Positions 43,121-53,464 are shown, numbered from the stretch's first letter. The stretch is DNA of 60,763 nucleotides from Actinomycetota bacterium (GCA_046731055.1 JBKPKI010000021.1:1-60763), one strand, 5' to 3'. The notes: generated by a model from the sequence alone, not told the origin. Translations and numbers: made by a program.

Positions 43121-43917
43121 CCACCACCGCCAAAACCGCATACACGGCCCGCGCCGAGCGCCGGGTCCCGCCGATGGGCGGACTCAACCCGACCCTGCTG
43201 CGCATCGAGCTACTGCGGGTCCTGCGCAACCGCCGCACGATGATCTTCACCCTGATCATGCCGGCCGTGTTCTACCTGATCTTCGGCGTCGGCCAGAGCT
43301 ACGCCGACCAGAACGCCGGGCGCGGCAACGTCGCGGCGTACATCATGATCTCGATGGCCGCCTACGGCGCGATGATCGCCTCGACCGGCGGCGGCGCGAT
43401 GGTCGCCACCGAGCGCGCCCAGGGCTGGAGCCGGCAGCTACGGCTCACCCCGCTCTCGCCCACGGTCTACGTCTTCGTCAAGCTCCTCACCGCGATGCTG
43501 CTCGGGGCCTTGGCCGTCCTCGTCGTCTTCATGATCGGCATCTTCACCAAGGCGCACATGGACACCGCTGGTCTCTGGGTGGCGACCGCGATGATCGCGT
43601 GGGCCGGATCCCTGGTGTTCGCGGCGTTCGGCCTGTTCATGGGCTACCTGCTGCCGAGCGAGAACGTCATGCAGATCATCGGCCCCGGCCTGGCCATCCT
43701 CGCGTTCGCCGGTGGCCTCTTCGTCCCGCTCGAGGACGGGTCGACGCTGCAGAAGATCGCGCAGTTCACGCCGATGTACGGCATCTCGTCGCTGGCCCAC
43801 GCGCCGCTGACCGGCGACACGTTCCAGTGGAGCTGGGTGGTCAACGTCGCAGCGTGGCTCGTCCTCTTCGCCGGCGGTGCGATCTGGCGGTTCCGCAAGG
43901 ACACGGCGCGGGTCTGA
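43117..43917 (+). CDS. ABC-2 type transporter permease
   Basis: About six TM segments; ERAQGWSRQLRLTPL. Confidence 0.9.
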   Translation: MTTTAKTAYTARAERRVPPMGGLNPTLLRIELLRVLRNRRTMIFTLIMPAVFYLIFGVGQSYADQNAGRGNVAAYIMISMAAYGAMIASTGGGAMVATERAQGWSRQLRLTPLSPTVYVFVKLLTAMLLGALAVLVVFMIGIFTKAHMDTAGLWVATAMIAWAGSLVFAAFGLFMGYLLPSENVMQIIGPGLAILAFAGGLFVPLEDGSTLQKIAQFTPMYGISSLAHAPLTGDTFQWSWVVNVAAWLVLFAGGAIWRFRKDTARV

Positions 43918-43942
43918 GGCCCGGCACCCGCGGAGTAGCGTC

Positions 43943-45199
43943 ATGACCGTGTCCGACCCCGTCGGCGAGTACGACATCAGGTTCAACTGGTATGCCGCGC
44001 TGGGCGCCGGGGTCTGGCTGGTCTTCCTGGCTCCGGCAGTCCAGGCCGGCTGGGAAGCCCGCGACACCATGGCCGGCTGGCTCGGCCTCTGCGCGCTGGG
44101 CGGCTTCTGCGTGCTCTACGTCTGGTCCTTCATCTGGGGCCGCCCGTACCGGCAGGACGGCGTCCTCTGGCGCGCGGTACAGCCCCGGGCCGTCGTCATC
44201 CTGGGCGGGCTGTTCGCGCTCGCCGCGATCGTCGTTCTGACCCTGCACCAGGACGGACTCGCTACCGCGGTCTACGTCGCCGTCGCCGGCATCACCCTCC
44301 TGCCTCGACGGTGGTCGCTGCCGCTCGCCGCCCTGCTGGCGGTCGGCGCCGAAACCCTGGCCCGCACGATCCCGGGCTGGCAGGGAGCCGACGGCATCGC
44401 CCTGTCCGTGCTCCTCGCCGGTTTCGCGGTCTGGGGCATGTGGACCGCGATGCGGCGCAGCCGCGACCTCGTCGCGGCGAAGGAGGAGAACGCGCTCCTG
44501 ATGATCGACCAGGAGCGGGCCCGGATGGCTCGCGACCTCCACGACATCCTCGGCCACTCGCTGACGGTCATCGCGGTCAAGGCGGAGCTCGCCGACCGTC
44601 TCGTCGACGTCAGCCCGGAGCGGGCCCGAGCCGAGATCGCCGACATCCAGCGGCTCTCCCGCGACGCCCTGGCCGACGTTCGTCAGACCGTCGAGGGAGT
44701 CCGCGAGCTGAGCCTCCCGGCCGAGCTGGCCCGCGCTCGCGCCGCTCTGCGCGCCGCCGAGATCGAGGCCGATTTGCCCGGTTCGACCGACGACGTGCCG
44801 TCGGACCTCCGTGAGCTGTTCGCCTGGACGCTCCGCGAAGGGGTCACCAACGTGGTCCGGCACAGCGCGGCGACCCGTTGCACCGTCACGCTGACGGCTG
44901 ACCGGATCACTATCTCCGACAACGGACGAGGTATGCGAGCTGCCGACACCTCCGCCCTGCGCGACGGTCACGGTCTCGCCGGGCTCCACGAACGCGCGGC
45001 CGTGGAGAGAGCGCAGGTCGTGGTCGAGGAACCGCCGGGCGGTGGTTTTCGGCTCAGCGTGGTGGCCAGGAGCGCGCCCGCGGCGGCGCCCTCGTGGCCG
45101 CCTCCTGTCTCGCAGCCAGCTGTTACCCGGGCTGACGACGCCCCGGTGACCGTCAGGAACGCCCCCTCATCGCCGGCGCCGGCGGAGAGGCCGCGGTGA
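43943..45199 (+). CDS. Sensor histidine kinase (DesK/NarX-like, HisKA_3)
   Basis: ERARMARDLHDILGHSL, REGVTNVVRHS, DNGRG and GHGLAGLHER. Confidence 0.93.
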   Translation: MTVSDPVGEYDIRFNWYAALGAGVWLVFLAPAVQAGWEARDTMAGWLGLCALGGFCVLYVWSFIWGRPYRQDGVLWRAVQPRAVVILGGLFALAAIVVLTLHQDGLATAVYVAVAGITLLPRRWSLPLAALLAVGAETLARTIPGWQGADGIALSVLLAGFAVWGMWTAMRRSRDLVAAKEENALLMIDQERARMARDLHDILGHSLTVIAVKAELADRLVDVSPERARAEIADIQRLSRDALADVRQTVEGVRELSLPAELARARAALRAAEIEADLPGSTDDVPSDLRELFAWTLREGVTNVVRHSAATRCTVTLTADRITISDNGRGMRAADTSALRDGHGLAGLHERAAVERAQVVVEEPPGGGFRLSVVARSAPAAAPSWPPPVSQPAVTRADDAPVTVRNAPSSPAPAERPR

Positions 45200-45804
45200 C
45201 GATCCGCCTCCTGCTGGCCGACGACCAGGCCCTGGTCCGCGGTGCCCTCGCCACCCTTCTCGACCTCGAACCCGACATGAGCGTTGTCGCCGAGGTGGGT
45301 CGTGGCGACGAGGTCGTGGCCGCGGCCCGGGAGGCGAAGCCGGACGTCGCCCTTCTCGACGTCGAGATGCCCGGCGTCGATGGGATCGAAGCCACTCGGG
45401 AGCTGCGCGCCGCGCTCCCCGACGTCAAGGTCGTCATTGTCACCACGTTCGGGCGGCCGGGGTTCCTGCGCCGGGCCCTCATCGCCGGCGCGAACGGGTT
45501 CGTCGTCAAAGACACCCCCGCCCGACAGCTGGCGGATGCGGTCCGCCGGGTCCACTCCGGGCTGCGTGTCGTCGACCCGAACCTGGCCGCGGACAGTCTC
45601 GCTGTCGGGGAGTCGCCACTGACCGCCCGCGAGACCGAAGTCCTGCGGGCCGCACGCGACGGCGGCAGCGTCAGCGACATCGCCGGCGCGGTCTTCCTCT
45701 CCGAGGGAACCGTCCGCAACCACCTCTCGGCCGCGATCGGCAAGACCGGCGCCCGCAACCGCGGGGACGCGGTCCGGATCGCCCAGGAGAACGGCTGGCT
45801 GTGA
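45196..45804 (+). CDS. Response regulator (NarL/DesR-like)
   Basis: LADDQ, LLDVEMPG, VVKD and LuxR-type HTH LSEGTVRNHLS. Confidence 0.95.
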   Translation: MTIRLLLADDQALVRGALATLLDLEPDMSVVAEVGRGDEVVAAAREAKPDVALLDVEMPGVDGIEATRELRAALPDVKVVIVTTFGRPGFLRRALIAGANGFVVKDTPARQLADAVRRVHSGLRVVDPNLAADSLAVGESPLTARETEVLRAARDGGSVSDIAGAVFLSEGTVRNHLSAAIGKTGARNRGDAVRIAQENGWL

Positions 45805-46568
45805 TCGCCGGCGACGTTCGCCGGACCCGGCTCGTCCTCGTCCACGGGTCGCGACTGTCTGCGACCCAGTGGGTGCCGCAGACCACCCGGCTCGCGGAGG
45901 CGGCCGACGTCCACCCGTGGCTCGAGGTCGTCACGCCGGACCTCCCCGGGCACGGCGGGCGCTCCCACGAGCCCTTCACCCTCGACCGTGCGGTCGGAGC
46001 GCTCGCCGCGGCGGTCGAGGCCGAACCAGGTCCCGATCTGGTCGTCCTCGCCGGCCATTCGCTCGGCGGCTACGTCGCCGCGACCTACGCCGCGACGTTC
46101 CCGCGGCGCCTGGACGGGCTGGTGCTCCTCGGGTCGGCGGCCGTACCTCGGGGGGCCGGGGCCGCCGCATACCGAGCCGTCGCCGCTCTGACGGAGCGAG
46201 CCGGGCCCGACCGGATGACCCGCGTCAACGATCGCGTCCTGGGCCGCCTCTACGCCGCGGACCTCGTCGAACCGGTGGTCGCCGGCGGCTACTGGTTCAC
46301 GCCGACCCGCACCGCCTGGCGCGACGTCATGGCGCGCTGCGGACCGCACCAGCTGCGTGAGCTTGCCGGGCCGGTCCTGCTGGCCGGGGGCGTCTACGAC
46401 CAGCTGATGCTCCACGCCAGCCGGTATGCGCGCTCCGCCCCTCGGGCTCGCGTCGTGCGCATTCCTCGTGCTGGTCACTTCGCCGGCTTCGACCGTCCCG
46501 ACGAGGTGACGGCGCTGTTACTGGAATTCGTGAGGGGCGTGTCGGATGGGACACTGGGCCGGCCATGA
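45801..46568 (+). CDS. Alpha/beta hydrolase
   Basis: LVHG, PDLPGHG, GHSLGG and RAGHF. Confidence 0.88.
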   Translation: MIAGDVRRTRLVLVHGSRLSATQWVPQTTRLAEAADVHPWLEVVTPDLPGHGGRSHEPFTLDRAVGALAAAVEAEPGPDLVVLAGHSLGGYVAATYAATFPRRLDGLVLLGSAAVPRGAGAAAYRAVAALTERAGPDRMTRVNDRVLGRLYAADLVEPVVAGGYWFTPTRTAWRDVMARCGPHQLRELAGPVLLAGGVYDQLMLHASRYARSAPRARVVRIPRAGHFAGFDRPDEVTALLLEFVRGVSDGTLGRP

Positions 46569-47728
46569 CCACCACCGCCACGCTTGCCGCGCCGCTGCGG
46601 ATCGGCCGGCACGCCATCGGTTCGCCGGTCGTCCTTGCGCCCATGGCGGGCATCACCAACCGCGCGTTCCGTCGGGTGTGCCGTGAGTTCGGCGACTCGT
46701 CGCTGTACGTCAGCGAGATGATCACGTCCCGCGCCCTCGTGGAGCGCAACGTGGAGACCATGCGGCTGATCGAGCACGACCCTGACGAGCACCCGCGGTC
46801 GGTCCAGCTCTACAGCACCGATCCGGCCACCGCCCGGGCCGCGGCGCGGTTGCTCGTCACCGAGGACCGGGCCGATCACATCGATCTCAACTTCGGTTGC
46901 CCGGTCCCCAAGGTGACCCGCAAGGGTGGTGGTTCGGCGCTGCCTTGGAAGCGCGACCTCTTCCGCTCGGTCGTCGCGGCTGTCGTCGAGGAGGGTGCCC
47001 GTCGGGACGTCCCGGTCACCGTGAAGATGCGCAAAGGCATCGACGACCAGCACCTCACCTATCTCGAGGCCGGGCTCGGCGCCCAGGGCGAGGGCGCAGC
47101 GGCGGTGGCGCTTCACGCGCGGACCGCCGCCCAGGCCTACTCCGGCACGGCCGACTGGTCCGCGATCCGGCTCCTAAAGGAGACCGTCACCGAGATTCCG
47201 GTCCTGGGGAACGGCGACATCTGGTCGGCCGAGGACGCGCTCTTACTCGTGGAGGAGACCGGCTGCGACGGCGTGGTCGTCGGGCGTGGCTGTCTCGGCC
47301 GCCCGTGGCTGTTCGCCGACCTCGCCGCCGCGTTCGCCGGCTCGCCGCAGCGACGGCACCCGACGCTCGGCGAAGTCGCCGAGACGATGCGCCGGCACGC
47401 CGCATACCTGGTCGCCTTCTTTGGAGATGAGGGTCGCGGCTGCCGGGACATCCGAAAGCACATCGCGTGGTACCTCAAGGGTTTCCCCGCTGGCGGGACG
47501 CTGCGCAGCTCACTGTCCCTGGTCGACTCGCTGGCGGCTCTGGACCGTCTGCTCGACAGCCTCGATCCCACGGCGCCGTGGCCCGGTGACCCTGCCGAAG
47601 GACCGCGCGGCCGGGCCGGCAGCCCGCGCCGTGTGATCCTGCCCGACGGTTGGCTCGACTCGCGCGAGCTGACGCCGGAGCACGCGGCCGAGGTCGCGGC
47701 CGCGGAGGAGCACCACTCCGGCGGCTGA
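46565..47728 (+). CDS. dusB: tRNA-dihydrouridine synthase B
   Basis: LAPMAGIT, DLNFGCPVPKV, TVKMR, HART, GNGDI and GRGCLGRPWLF. Confidence 0.95.
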   Translation: MTTTATLAAPLRIGRHAIGSPVVLAPMAGITNRAFRRVCREFGDSSLYVSEMITSRALVERNVETMRLIEHDPDEHPRSVQLYSTDPATARAAARLLVTEDRADHIDLNFGCPVPKVTRKGGGSALPWKRDLFRSVVAAVVEEGARRDVPVTVKMRKGIDDQHLTYLEAGLGAQGEGAAAVALHARTAAQAYSGTADWSAIRLLKETVTEIPVLGNGDIWSAEDALLLVEETGCDGVVVGRGCLGRPWLFADLAAAFAGSPQRRHPTLGEVAETMRRHAAYLVAFFGDEGRGCRDIRKHIAWYLKGFPAGGTLRSSLSLVDSLAALDRLLDSLDPTAPWPGDPAEGPRGRAGSPRRVILPDGWLDSRELTPEHAAEVAAAEEHHSGG

Positions 47729-47753
47729 CGGCGGTGGCCGCTATGGTCCCGCC

Positions 47754-48410
47754 ATGGGTTCACGCAAGGGCGGCACGCCGGAGCAGCCCGCGCTCTTCTT
47801 CGACGGCCCCGACGACTTCCGCGCCTGGCTCGAGAAGCACCACGAAACCGAGACCGAGCTGTGGATGGGCCTCCACAAGAAGCACGTCCCGAACCGCGGG
47901 CTCACCTGGGAGGCCGCCGTCCCCGAGGCGCTGTGCTTCGGCTGGATCGACTCTCGCGCTGAGCGGATCGACGAGGACGCTGTTCGGCAGCGGTGGACCC
48001 CGCGCAAGAAGACGAGCACCTGGAGCCGGGTCAACCTCGACCTCGTCGACCAGCTGACCAAGGAGGGTCGGATGCGACCCGCGGGCATCCGCGCGTGGGA
48101 GGCGCGACGGGACGACCGGCAGGCGATCTACTCCTACGAGCAGGGCGGCGAGCTCGTCCTCCCCGAGGCGTATGCGACGCAGCTGGCCGAGAACCCGGCC
48201 GCCGCCGCCTTCTGGGCCGAGACGACGCCGAGCTACCGCAAGGTGTGCATCAACTGGGTGCAGTCAGCCAAGCAGCAGGCCACGAACGACAAGCGAATGG
48301 CCCAGCTGGTCGAGGACAGCGCGGCCGGCCGGCTGATCCCGAGCCAGCGCTACGGCGAGATGCCCAAGTGGGTGGCTCGAGCGGCGGCCGCCGCGGCCGC
48401 CGCGCGCTGA
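47754..48410 (+). CDS. YdeI/OmpD-associated family protein
   Basis: FRAWLEKHH, EALCFGWIDS, TPRKKTSTWSRVN and WVQSAKQQAT. Confidence 0.88.
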   Translation: MGSRKGGTPEQPALFFDGPDDFRAWLEKHHETETELWMGLHKKHVPNRGLTWEAAVPEALCFGWIDSRAERIDEDAVRQRWTPRKKTSTWSRVNLDLVDQLTKEGRMRPAGIRAWEARRDDRQAIYSYEQGGELVLPEAYATQLAENPAAAAFWAETTPSYRKVCINWVQSAKQQATNDKRMAQLVEDSAAGRLIPSQRYGEMPKWVARAAAAAAAAR

Positions 48411-48468
48411 CGACGACGGGCGCCGCCGCGGCCGCTTCGCCCTGACCGACGACGGGCGGCGCCGGATG

Positions 48469-48534
48469 GGATACCCGGTCAAGTCGCCGGATCGGCTGTT
48501 CCCACGACCGTTTGGGTGATCCGACGGGGTATCC
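48469..48534. repeat. Long imperfect palindrome
   Basis: GGATACCCGGTC / GACGGGGTATCC (11 of 12), with inner GGATC/GATCC. Confidence 0.6.
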
Positions 48535-48576
48535 GACCGAGTGGGGGGCGGTCGTCATCCGCACTAGGCTGGCGAC

Positions 48577-49104
48577 GTGGCCTGGTTCTCGAGGAACAAG
48601 TCGGAAGCGCGCGACGCGCCACGCGCATCGTCGGCCACCGAGGCCGACCCGGAGGACGTCGAGCTGCCGCTCCGCCCGCTCATCGAACGCCCGGGTGAGG
48701 AGGAGTGGGCCCGCCTCGGTCGCGGCCGCGCCGCTCTGGACAAGGCCGGCCTCGACCCGAACGACCTCGAGGCGCTGGGCGCCGCCTACGACGAGGCCCT
48801 GACGACCTGGCAGGCCGCCCGCAAGGGCGAACGGGAGGACGAGCGGGAGATCGTCGAGCGGTTCGCCATCGGCATAGGGGAGTATCTGCATCGCTCCACC
48901 GATCTCAGCTGGTCGCGGGTGACCGACGCGTTCGGGACCGACCTCGCGGTTGCCGGAGGCAAGGACGACTTCGTCGTCGTGCCCGGCAACCTCGTCGCCG
49001 CTCGCTGGATGAACGCGGAGACCGGATGGCTCCCGGGCGTTGTCGGCCACCTGGTACGGGTGCGCGCCGACCGGCGCGACGATCAGGCGAAGCCGATCAG
49101 CTAG
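48577..49104 (+). CDS. Hypothetical protein (DUF3806-like)
   Basis: GIGEYL...LSWSRVTDAFGTDLAV...PGNLVAARW; GTG 6 nt after TAGGCT. Confidence 0.65.
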   Translation: MAWFSRNKSEARDAPRASSATEADPEDVELPLRPLIERPGEEEWARLGRGRAALDKAGLDPNDLEALGAAYDEALTTWQAARKGEREDEREIVERFAIGIGEYLHRSTDLSWSRVTDAFGTDLAVAGGKDDFVVVPGNLVAARWMNAETGWLPGVVGHLVRVRADRRDDQAKPIS

Positions 49105-49110
49105 AGAGGA

Positions 49111-49434
49111 TCAGCTACGGCGGGCGAGCTTCACGGCTGTGCCGTACGCGACGATCTCTTGGTAGCCCTGCCCGACCTCATTGGCGTCGAACCGCATGGC
49201 GAGGATCGCGTCCGCCCCCCGTGCGCTGGCGGCCTCGACCAGCCGCTCCATCGCCTCCTCGCGGCTCTGCATCAGCTGCTTGGTCAGCCCTTTGAGCTCA
49301 CCGCCGACGATCGACTTGAGCCCGGCGCCAAGCTGGGCACCGACGTTTCGGGCGCGGACAGTGAGGCCGGTGACCTCGCCGAGGACCTCGGTGACGTCGT
49401 GGCCCGGCAGGTCGTTCATGGTCGAGATGAGCAT
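49111..49434 (-). CDS. YbjQ family (UPF0145) protein
   Basis: GLKSIVGGELKG, SREEAMERL, GADAILAMRFD and AYGTAV; GGAGG RBS. Confidence 0.92.
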   Translation of the reverse strand: MLISTMNDLPGHDVTEVLGEVTGLTVRARNVGAQLGAGLKSIVGGELKGLTKQLMQSREEAMERLVEAASARGADAILAMRFDANEVGQGYQEIVAYGTAVKLARRS

Positions 49435-49486
49435 GACCGCAGCCTCCCACAGGAACGGCCGGCGCCGACCGCATACATTGCCACCT

Positions 49487-50725
49487 GTGGCCATGACCGG
49501 GAGCTACGGCGCGCGCGACCGCGAGCGCTGGGTTGCGGAGGATCCCGCCCAGAAGCAGGCCGACCGCGACGACTTCGCGCGCGACCGAGCCCGGCTGATC
49601 CACTCCGCGGCGTTGCGCCGACTGTCGGCCAAGACGCAGGTCGTGCAGCCGGGCAGCGACGACTTCGCCCGCACCCGCCTCACGCACTCGCTCGAGGTGG
49701 CCCAGATCGGGCGGGAGTTCGGCGCCGCGCTCGGCTGTGACGCGGACGTCGTCGACACCGCCTGCCTGGCCCACGACCTGGGGCACCCGCCGTTCGGTCA
49801 TAACGGCGAGGAGGCGCTGGACGCCATCGCCGCCGACATCGGGGGGTTCGAGGGGAACGCGCAGACTCTGCGGGTGCTCACGCGCCTCGAGGCCAAGCGC
49901 TGGCATTCCGACGGTCGCCCGGCCGGCCTCAACCTCACCCGCGCCAGCCTCGATGCGTCCACCAAGTACCCATGGGCTCGCGGCGAATCGATATGGGGGA
50001 CAACGAAGTTCGGAGTGTATGCGGCGGATCTGCCGGTCTACGAGTGGTTTCGAGACGGGATCGAGCCCGGTGTCCGGTGCCTGGAGGCTGACGTCATGGA
50101 CTGGTCGGACGACGTCGCCTACTCGGTGCACGACATCGAGGACGCCATCGCCTCTCGAACCATCGACCCGCGACTGCTGCACTCACGATCCGACGTCTCC
50201 GTCGCCTTTCCCGTCGCGCGTTCGACATATGCCCCGGATCTCGCGGAGGACGACTTCGCCCACGCGTTGGACCGGCTGCTCGCCACCGGGGCGATCCCCG
50301 ACGCATACGCCGGAACCCGCGGGGATCTGGCCGCCCTCAAGGACATGACCAGCCGGCTCATCGGCCGGTTCGTCCTCGCGGTCGAACAGGCGACGCGGGA
50401 GAAGCACGGCGACGGCCCCCTGACCCGCTACGCCGCACACCTCGTCGTGCCGGACGAGGTGCGAGCCGAGACGGCGGTTCTCAAGGCGCTCGCTGCGCAC
50501 TTCGTGATGTTCGCCGAGGAACGCGTGGGAATTCTGACCCGCCAGCGGGAGGTCGTCGCCGAGCTCACCGAATGGTTCGCCGCCGACCCCTCTCGGCTGG
50601 ACCAAGATCTCCGCGTCGATTTCGACTCGGCGCTCGACGACGCGGAGCGGTTGCGCGTGGTCGTCGACCAGGTGGCCTCCCTCACCGACGGCCGCGCGAT
50701 AGTCCTCGCCCGGGCCGCGTCGTGA
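49487..50725 (+). CDS. dgt: Deoxyguanosinetriphosphate triphosphohydrolase
   Basis: RDRARLIHS, RRLSAKTQV, RTRLTHSLEV, HDLGHPPFGH, FEGNAQ and DDVAYSVHD; start 49487 or 49493. Confidence 0.95.
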   Translation: MAMTGSYGARDRERWVAEDPAQKQADRDDFARDRARLIHSAALRRLSAKTQVVQPGSDDFARTRLTHSLEVAQIGREFGAALGCDADVVDTACLAHDLGHPPFGHNGEEALDAIAADIGGFEGNAQTLRVLTRLEAKRWHSDGRPAGLNLTRASLDASTKYPWARGESIWGTTKFGVYAADLPVYEWFRDGIEPGVRCLEADVMDWSDDVAYSVHDIEDAIASRTIDPRLLHSRSDVSVAFPVARSTYAPDLAEDDFAHALDRLLATGAIPDAYAGTRGDLAALKDMTSRLIGRFVLAVEQATREKHGDGPLTRYAAHLVVPDEVRAETAVLKALAAHFVMFAEERVGILTRQREVVAELTEWFAADPSRLDQDLRVDFDSALDDAERLRVVVDQVASLTDGRAIVLARAAS

Positions 50726-50759
50726 GGCGCCGCCCGGGTCGACCCCGTACCGTGTGCCG

Positions 50760-51482
50760 GTGAGCGCAGCCAAGGCCCTGGGCGGCCTCCTCGTCCTGGG
50801 GGTCGTGGCGGCCGGCGGGCTCTACGTCGCCGACCGCTACGCCGAGTCGCGGGCCGAGGAGTATGCGGTCGGCGTCGTCTCCCAAAGCGTCTCGACGACG
50901 ACGGCCCCGGTGGTTGACATCAAGGGGTTCCCCTTCTTGACCCAGATGCTGACCGGGACGCTGGACCAGGTAACCGCCACATCGGCAGGCGCCACGCTCG
51001 AGGGGGTTCCCGTCACCGACGTGGCCATCGACGCGACCAAGGTGAACGTCCGGCCGCCCGCCGGCCAACAGCCGTCCGCCGGCCACGCGACCATCGTGGC
51101 GACGATCCCGACGGCCTCCCTCGAGAAGGTCGTCAAGGATCGCACGGGCCTGACCGTGCAGCTCACCGTGGACGGTTCGACCGTCAAGGCGTCGGGAAAC
51201 GTCCTCGGCCTGCCGATGGTCCTCACGCTCGCTCCGCGCGTCGACACCGGCAAGCTGCTGGTGGACGCGCAGGACCTCACCCTCGGCGGCCGACAGATCA
51301 CACCCGAGTCGCTGCCGGGTGCGATCCGAGACCGGGTCAAGGACATCGAGATCCCGCTCGAGGGCCTGCCGTCGGGTCTGACCCTGAGTCGCGCCGAGGT
51401 CGTTCCAAGCGGCCTGCGCGTCACCGCGGACGGCACCAACGTCGTGGTCCCGCAGACGGCGGCATCCTCTGGCGGCGCCTGA
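50760..51482 (+). CDS. DUF2993/LmeA-like membrane-anchored protein
   Basis: N-terminal TM followed by ADR...VDIKGFPFLTQ; C-terminal LPSGLTL...GLRVTADG. Confidence 0.8.
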   Translation: MSAAKALGGLLVLGVVAAGGLYVADRYAESRAEEYAVGVVSQSVSTTTAPVVDIKGFPFLTQMLTGTLDQVTATSAGATLEGVPVTDVAIDATKVNVRPPAGQQPSAGHATIVATIPTASLEKVVKDRTGLTVQLTVDGSTVKASGNVLGLPMVLTLAPRVDTGKLLVDAQDLTLGGRQITPESLPGAIRDRVKDIEIPLEGLPSGLTLSRAEVVPSGLRVTADGTNVVVPQTAASSGGA

Positions 51483-51538
51483 CTTCGCCCGTGTGGGTGA
51501 CCGCCGGCTCGGTCCGCGAGCCGACCTAGACTCGCCTC

Positions 51539-53464
51539 GTGGCGGGACGGTTCGTGGCCGAGGATGTGGCCACGCTCAAGGAGCGGACCTCGCTCGAGGA
51601 CGTCGTCCGCGAGCATGTGACGCTGCGCCGCTCGGGCAGCAGTCTGCTCGGGCTATGCCCGTTCCACGACGAGAAGACACCGTCCTTCAACGTCAATCCC
51701 ACGACGAACCACTACTTCTGCTTCGGCTGTCAAGAGGGTGGCGACGCCATCTCCTTCGTCCAGAAGGTCGAGCACCTCACCTTCACCGAGGCGGTGGAGC
51801 GGCTCGCCCAACGCGTCGGCATGGAGGTGCGCCACGAGGACGGCGGCACCCGGGAGCGCGACGACGGAGGCGTTGGTCGCCGAGCTCGGCTCGTCGAGGC
51901 GCACCGGGTCGCTCAGGAGTTCTACGCCGACCAGCTCCTCACCACCCAGAGCGCGCGGGCGGGGCGCGACTTCATGCGGGAGCGGGGGTTCGACAGCGCG
52001 GCGGCGACACTGTTCGGCGTCGGGTATGCGCCGCGCGGCGGCGAGGATCTCGTCCGTCACCTGCGGGCGAAGGGGTTCCACGACGACGAGCTCGTCGCGG
52101 GCGGTCTGGCCGGTCGCGGGTCCCGTGGGCTCTACGACCGGTTTCGCGGGCGCCTCGTGTGGCCCATCCGTGACATCACCGGCGCCTGTGTGGGGTTCGG
52201 AGCGCGCCGGCTCTACGACGACGACCGGATCGAGGCCAAGTACCTCAACACGTCCGAGACGGCGATCTACAAGAAGTCCACCGTGCTTTACGGGCTGGAT
52301 GCGGCGAAGAAGGCGATCGTCCGTGACCGGACTGCGGTGGTGGTGGAGGGGTACACCGACGTCATGGCCTGCCACCTCTCCGGTGTGGAGACGGCCATCG
52401 CGACCTGCGGGACGGCATTCGGGGTGGATCACATCAAGGTGCTGCGGCGGATCATGCGCGACGAGGCCGATCTCGCGCCGTCGAAGGTGATCTTCACCTT
52501 CGACGGCGACGCAGCCGGGCAGAACGCCGCGATGAAGGCCTTTCGCGAGGACCAGCGTTGGGCCTCCCAGTCGTTCGTGGCGGTCGCCCGCTCGGGGATG
52601 GACCCCTGTGAGCTGCGCCAGGCGGAGGGTCCGGACGCGGTCCGCGCGCTCGTCGAGGACGCCGTCCCGATGTTCGAGTTCGCGGTGCGGACGACCATCG
52701 CGCGGTATGACCTCGAGACCGCGGAGGGCCGGATCCAGGCGATGCGCGCCGCGGCCCCGATCGTCGCCGGCATCCGTGACCAGGCGCTGCGGCCGGAGTA
52801 TGCGCGAGTCCTGGCCGGCCTCCTCGGCGTCGAGGTCGAACCGGTGAGCGCCGAGGTGACCCGCGCTGGCAAAACCGGCAACCGGCCCGCATACGAGACC
52901 CGCCGTCATCCCGAGCCCACCGACGCGCAGCTGGAGCCGACCGCCGACGAGCTGCGCGACGCGCTGCCGCGCCCCGATCTGCGCGACCCGGTCGTCCTCG
53001 CCGAACGTCAGCTCTTGCAGGTGGTCCTCCAGCTCCCCGGCCTGCTCGAACCCGCGGACCTGGACCGCGTCGACGGGAGCTCGTTCAGCGCGCCGGCGCA
53101 CCGGGCGGTATGGGATGCGGTCGTCACCGCCGGTCGACCCGACGGTTCGACGGCGGCGTGGGCCGACGCGGTCGCGGCGGCGGCCCCGGCTGCGGTCCAC
53201 CCTCTCGTCGCCGAGCTGGCCGTCGCTCCGTTGCCCGTGACGCCGGACCGCGCCACGGGTCTCCCGAGCCGCCGGTATGCGGCGTCGCTGGTGGCGCGAC
53301 TGCGCGAGGTCGGGCTCACCCGCCAGGTGGCGGACACCCTCAGCCAGCTGCGCCGGCTCGACAACGCCCCGGAGCCGGACGTCGCCGTGTCGCGGGAGGT
53401 CGGCCTGAGGCTGCAGGCGTTGCAGCGCGAGCTCGCGGACCTCCGTGACAAGCAGGACGCCTGA
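51539..53464 (+). CDS. dnaG: DNA primase
   Basis: CPFH...CFGC zinc finger, DRFRGR, KYLN, VVEGYTDV and FDGDAAG Toprim. Confidence 0.98.
   Translation: MAGRFVAEDVATLKERTSLEDVVREHVTLRRSGSSLLGLCPFHDEKTPSFNVNPTTNHYFCFGCQEGGDAISFVQKVEHLTFTEAVERLAQRVGMEVRHEDGGTRERDDGGVGRRARLVEAHRVAQEFYADQLLTTQSARAGRDFMRERGFDSAAATLFGVGYAPRGGEDLVRHLRAKGFHDDELVAGGLAGRGSRGLYDRFRGRLVWPIRDITGACVGFGARRLYDDDRIEAKYLNTSETAIYKKSTVLYGLDAAKKAIVRDRTAVVVEGYTDVMACHLSGVETAIATCGTAFGVDHIKVLRRIMRDEADLAPSKVIFTFDGDAAGQNAAMKAFREDQRWASQSFVAVARSGMDPCELRQAEGPDAVRALVEDAVPMFEFAVRTTIARYDLETAEGRIQAMRAAAPIVAGIRDQALRPEYARVLAGLLGVEVEPVSAEVTRAGKTGNRPAYETRRHPEPTDAQLEPTADELRDALPRPDLRDPVVLAERQLLQVVLQLPGLLEPADLDRVDGSSFSAPAHRAVWDAVVTAGRPDGSTAAWADAVAAAAPAAVHPLVAELAVAPLPVTPDRATGLPSRRYAASLVARLREVGLTRQVADTLSQLRRLDNAPEPDVAVSREVGLRLQALQRELADLRDKQDA

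Noticed and set aside
51653-53200. 515-aa ORF antisense to dnaG, and many similar shadow ORFs
   Set aside because: Typical antisense artefacts of GC3-biased genes, with no recognisable domains.
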